Virus record (IMG/VR): IMGVR_UViG_3300037991_003356
Coordinates: 1 to 26,465 of that record
DNA length: 26,465 nt
Direction: 5' to 3' (one strand)
Source: a virus
Lineage: Duplodnaviria; Caudoviricetes
Shown: positions 24,303-26,465 of the stretch, piece after piece
How the letters are laid out: each line of letters opens with the position of its first letter
Position numbering within the stretch: the stretch's first letter is position 1
Notes under the pieces: model-generated
Database searches by the model: none
Told to the model about the DNA's origin: nothing
Seen by the model: the letters and a program-made list of their open reading frames with translations, nothing else
Program-made: the position numbers and the translations under genes

Positions 24303-25997
24303 ATGCCAAACTGGAAAAAAATAGCTCTCTCGGGTTCTAATCCTGAGTTTGCCTCACTTACTGTAGATGGTGCAATAGAAGCATCAAAATTTTCTGGATC
24401 ATTCTCTGGCTCTTTTGAAGGAGATGGATCAGGCTTAACTAACATTTCTTCTAGTGTAGCCGAAATTGCTACAATTACTGATACTTTTACTAATGCAACC
24501 TCTGTATCAGTAACTCATAATTTTGATACTAAGAATGTTATCGTTCAAGTATATGATACTAACGATGCATATATCATACCCGGTAATGTAGTTACTACTG
24601 ATGCTAACACAGTTGATATAACATTTTTTCAGCAAGCATCTGGAAGAGTTGTTGTAGCTAAAGGTGGTCATCTGGTTACCGGAGCAAGTGTTTCTCAATC
24701 AACTACAGTATCAGATACATTTAGCTCAGTTACTTCAAAAACTATTACCCATAATTTTAATACTAAAAATGTAATAGTACAGGTATATGATGATGATGAT
24801 AACTTCATGATACCTGGTAACATAACAACTACAGATAATAATACAGTAGATCTTACTTTTTTCCAAGCTGCAACCGGAAGAGTTGTTATAGCTAAAGGTG
24901 GTCATTTAGTATCAGGTTCAATACATTATGATAATATAACTAATAAACCTACCTTAGTTTCTTCATCAGCTCAAATAGCAGCAGATATAAGTGGTTCATT
25001 ATCAGCAACTGCTGTAGCAGGACTAGCAGCTAATATAGTTTCATCATCAGCCCAACTAGGAGCTGATATAAGTGGTTCATTACCATCAGGTGTAATATCA
25101 TCATCTAATCAAATAACTGCACTTGATAATCTTACTACAATAAATTTAACAGGTGGAGTATATGTTTATGATGCACCAGGTTCAGGTAGTTATGTTTTAT
25201 CAGATACTACAACAACTAGTACTTTTGCAGTTCCACCATCATCTACGTTTAATTTTTCTAACTTAACTACGGTTCAAGCAATGTACGGTAACTGGAGTTT
25301 AGGATCATTTACAAGAGGTGATAGAGTACAAATATCAGATACGTCAAACACAGTTCAAGTAATATTAGGAGATCCTAGTGGTTCTGACTTTCTTGTAACT
25401 GTACCAGTTGATGGAGTATATGTCAGCCCTATAGCTGAAGTCGATTACTCATCAGCTCCAACATTATCTAATTCAAACGGTGATATAACTATTACTAAAT
25501 TAGTATCATCAGGAGGAGGTGGTGCAGGTGTTAGTGGGTCTTTATTCTATGATACTACTAATGATCTTTGGAAAATAGGAGCTAGTGGTTCTGAATGTGA
25601 AATTATTACAACATGTAGTTTAAACAGTCACTTACCATCAGGTACTATTTCAGGATCAGGTCAATTGCCATCAAATTTAGTAAGTGGTTCAGCTCAAGTA
25701 GTATCTCTTTTAAGTGGACAGAATGTATCGTTAGGAGAAGTAACTGCGACAAAATTAGATACAACTATTGTTAGTTCGTCGATTGCATTTTCTTCAGGTT
25801 CAAATATTTTTGGAGATGAATTAACTGATATTCATCAAGTAACTGGTAGTTTAAATGTAACAGGATCGGCTAATTTAGTAGCATCGCAATCATTAAATAA
25901 TAGAGATAACTCTGGATTAAGTTTCTGGGCAGGATCACAAGCACAATATGATGCTTTAGGTTCCTATGATAGTAATAAACTCTACTTTATAACATAA
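24303..25997 (+). CDS. Fibre-like structural protein with duplicated HNF beta domain and C-terminal connector motif
   Basis: 564 aa starting MPNWKKIALSGS. Two copies of THNFxTKNVIVQVYD...GRVVxAKGGHLV; ends WAGSQAQYDALGSYDSNKLYFIT. Confidence 0.75.
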   Translation: MPNWKKIALSGSNPEFASLTVDGAIEASKFSGSFSGSFEGDGSGLTNISSSVAEIATITDTFTNATSVSVTHNFDTKNVIVQVYDTNDAYIIPGNVVTTDANTVDITFFQQASGRVVVAKGGHLVTGASVSQSTTVSDTFSSVTSKTITHNFNTKNVIVQVYDDDDNFMIPGNITTTDNNTVDLTFFQAATGRVVIAKGGHLVSGSIHYDNITNKPTLVSSSAQIAADISGSLSATAVAGLAANIVSSSAQLGADISGSLPSGVISSSNQITALDNLTTINLTGGVYVYDAPGSGSYVLSDTTTTSTFAVPPSSTFNFSNLTTVQAMYGNWSLGSFTRGDRVQISDTSNTVQVILGDPSGSDFLVTVPVDGVYVSPIAEVDYSSAPTLSNSNGDITITKLVSSGGGGAGVSGSLFYDTTNDLWKIGASGSECEIITTCSLNSHLPSGTISGSGQLPSNLVSGSAQVVSLLSGQNVSLGEVTATKLDTTIVSSSIAFSSGSNIFGDELTDIHQVTGSLNVTGSANLVASQSLNNRDNSGLSFWAGSQAQYDALGSYDSNKLYFIT

Positions 25998-25998
25998 T

Positions 25999-26465
25999 AT
26001 GGCTCCAATTTATTTAGGTTCTACACAAGTTTCAAAAGTGTATAAAGGTAGCAGTGAGGTAAGTCAAGCTTACTTAGGTGACAATGCTCTATTATCTACT
26101 GCCCCGACCGGTACTGATCATTTTGGTATTATAACATTTACAGGTGATAGACCAACCAATGCACCAAAAACCGGTATGGGATTCCAGCCTGATATGGTAT
26201 GGATTAAAGGTAGATCGTTTAATGACTTCCATAGTTTATTAGATTCAACAAGAGGAGCCAATGTATTATCACCTGATAGTACTCAAGCAGAATCTTCTTT
26301 TTCAGGATTTACTTTTGATAGTGATGGATTTACAGTAGGTTCAAGTGGTCAAGCAAACTCAAACGGAGAATCGTTAGTAGCATGGGGATGGAAAGCTAAT
26401 GGAGGTAATACTTCATCAAATACCAATGGTACTATAACATCAACAGTCCAAGCAAATACAACTGC
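25999..26465 (+). CDS. 3'-truncated virion/tail-associated beta-rich protein (not in the ORF track)
   Basis: ATG 25999, one nt after the previous stop; frame open to the window end: MAPIYLGSTQVSKVYKGSSEVSQAYLG...GFQPDMVWIKGR...LDSTRG...FDSDGFTV...LVAWGWKA. I recall the GFQPDxVWIK domain from aquatic phage structural proteins (not verified). Confidence 0.8.
   Translation, partial: MAPIYLGSTQVSKVYKGSSEVSQAYLGDNALLSTAPTGTDHFGIITFTGDRPTNAPKTGMGFQPDMVWIKGRSFNDFHSLLDSTRGANVLSPDSTQAESSFSGFTFDSDGFTVGSSGQANSNGESLVAWGWKANGGNTSSNTNGTITSTVQANTT

Noticed and set aside
24221-24445. Minus-strand 74-aa ORF spanning the GC-rich island
   Set aside because: Mostly antisense to the 24303 gene; the island is better explained by + strand base pairing with GAAA loops.
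19438-25997. Diversity-generating retroelement template/variable repeat pair
   Set aside because: In the repeat pair compared codon by codon, differences are synonymous and not adenine-specific; no reverse transcriptase is in the window.

Overview
AT-rich fragment of a large tailed phage with a T4-like head module; every credible gene is on the + strand. The order is: partial ORF, PD-(D/E)XK-like nuclease, large terminase, portal (gp20-like), three probable prohead-core/internal proteins, prohead protease (gp21-like), acidic scaffold (gp22-like), major capsid (gp23-like), terminator, neck/tail-completion genes (gp13/14/15-like), then about 12 kb of Ser/Gly/Thr-rich modular fibre or adhesin-like genes, including a cadherin-repeat protein. 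A last ORF from 25999 runs off the window. A-rich starts without Shine-Dalgarno sites suggest a Bacteroidota host (inference). The most unusual signals are a GC-rich three-way-junction RNA candidate at 24237-24290, a TATTTATA motif (reverse complement of the T4 late promoter) in 6 of the 7 long intergenic gaps, twin hairpins in the scaffold leader, and shared N-terminal leaders suggesting capsid-packaged cargo, including a nuclease. No database searches were run; calls rest on recognised motifs and gene order.
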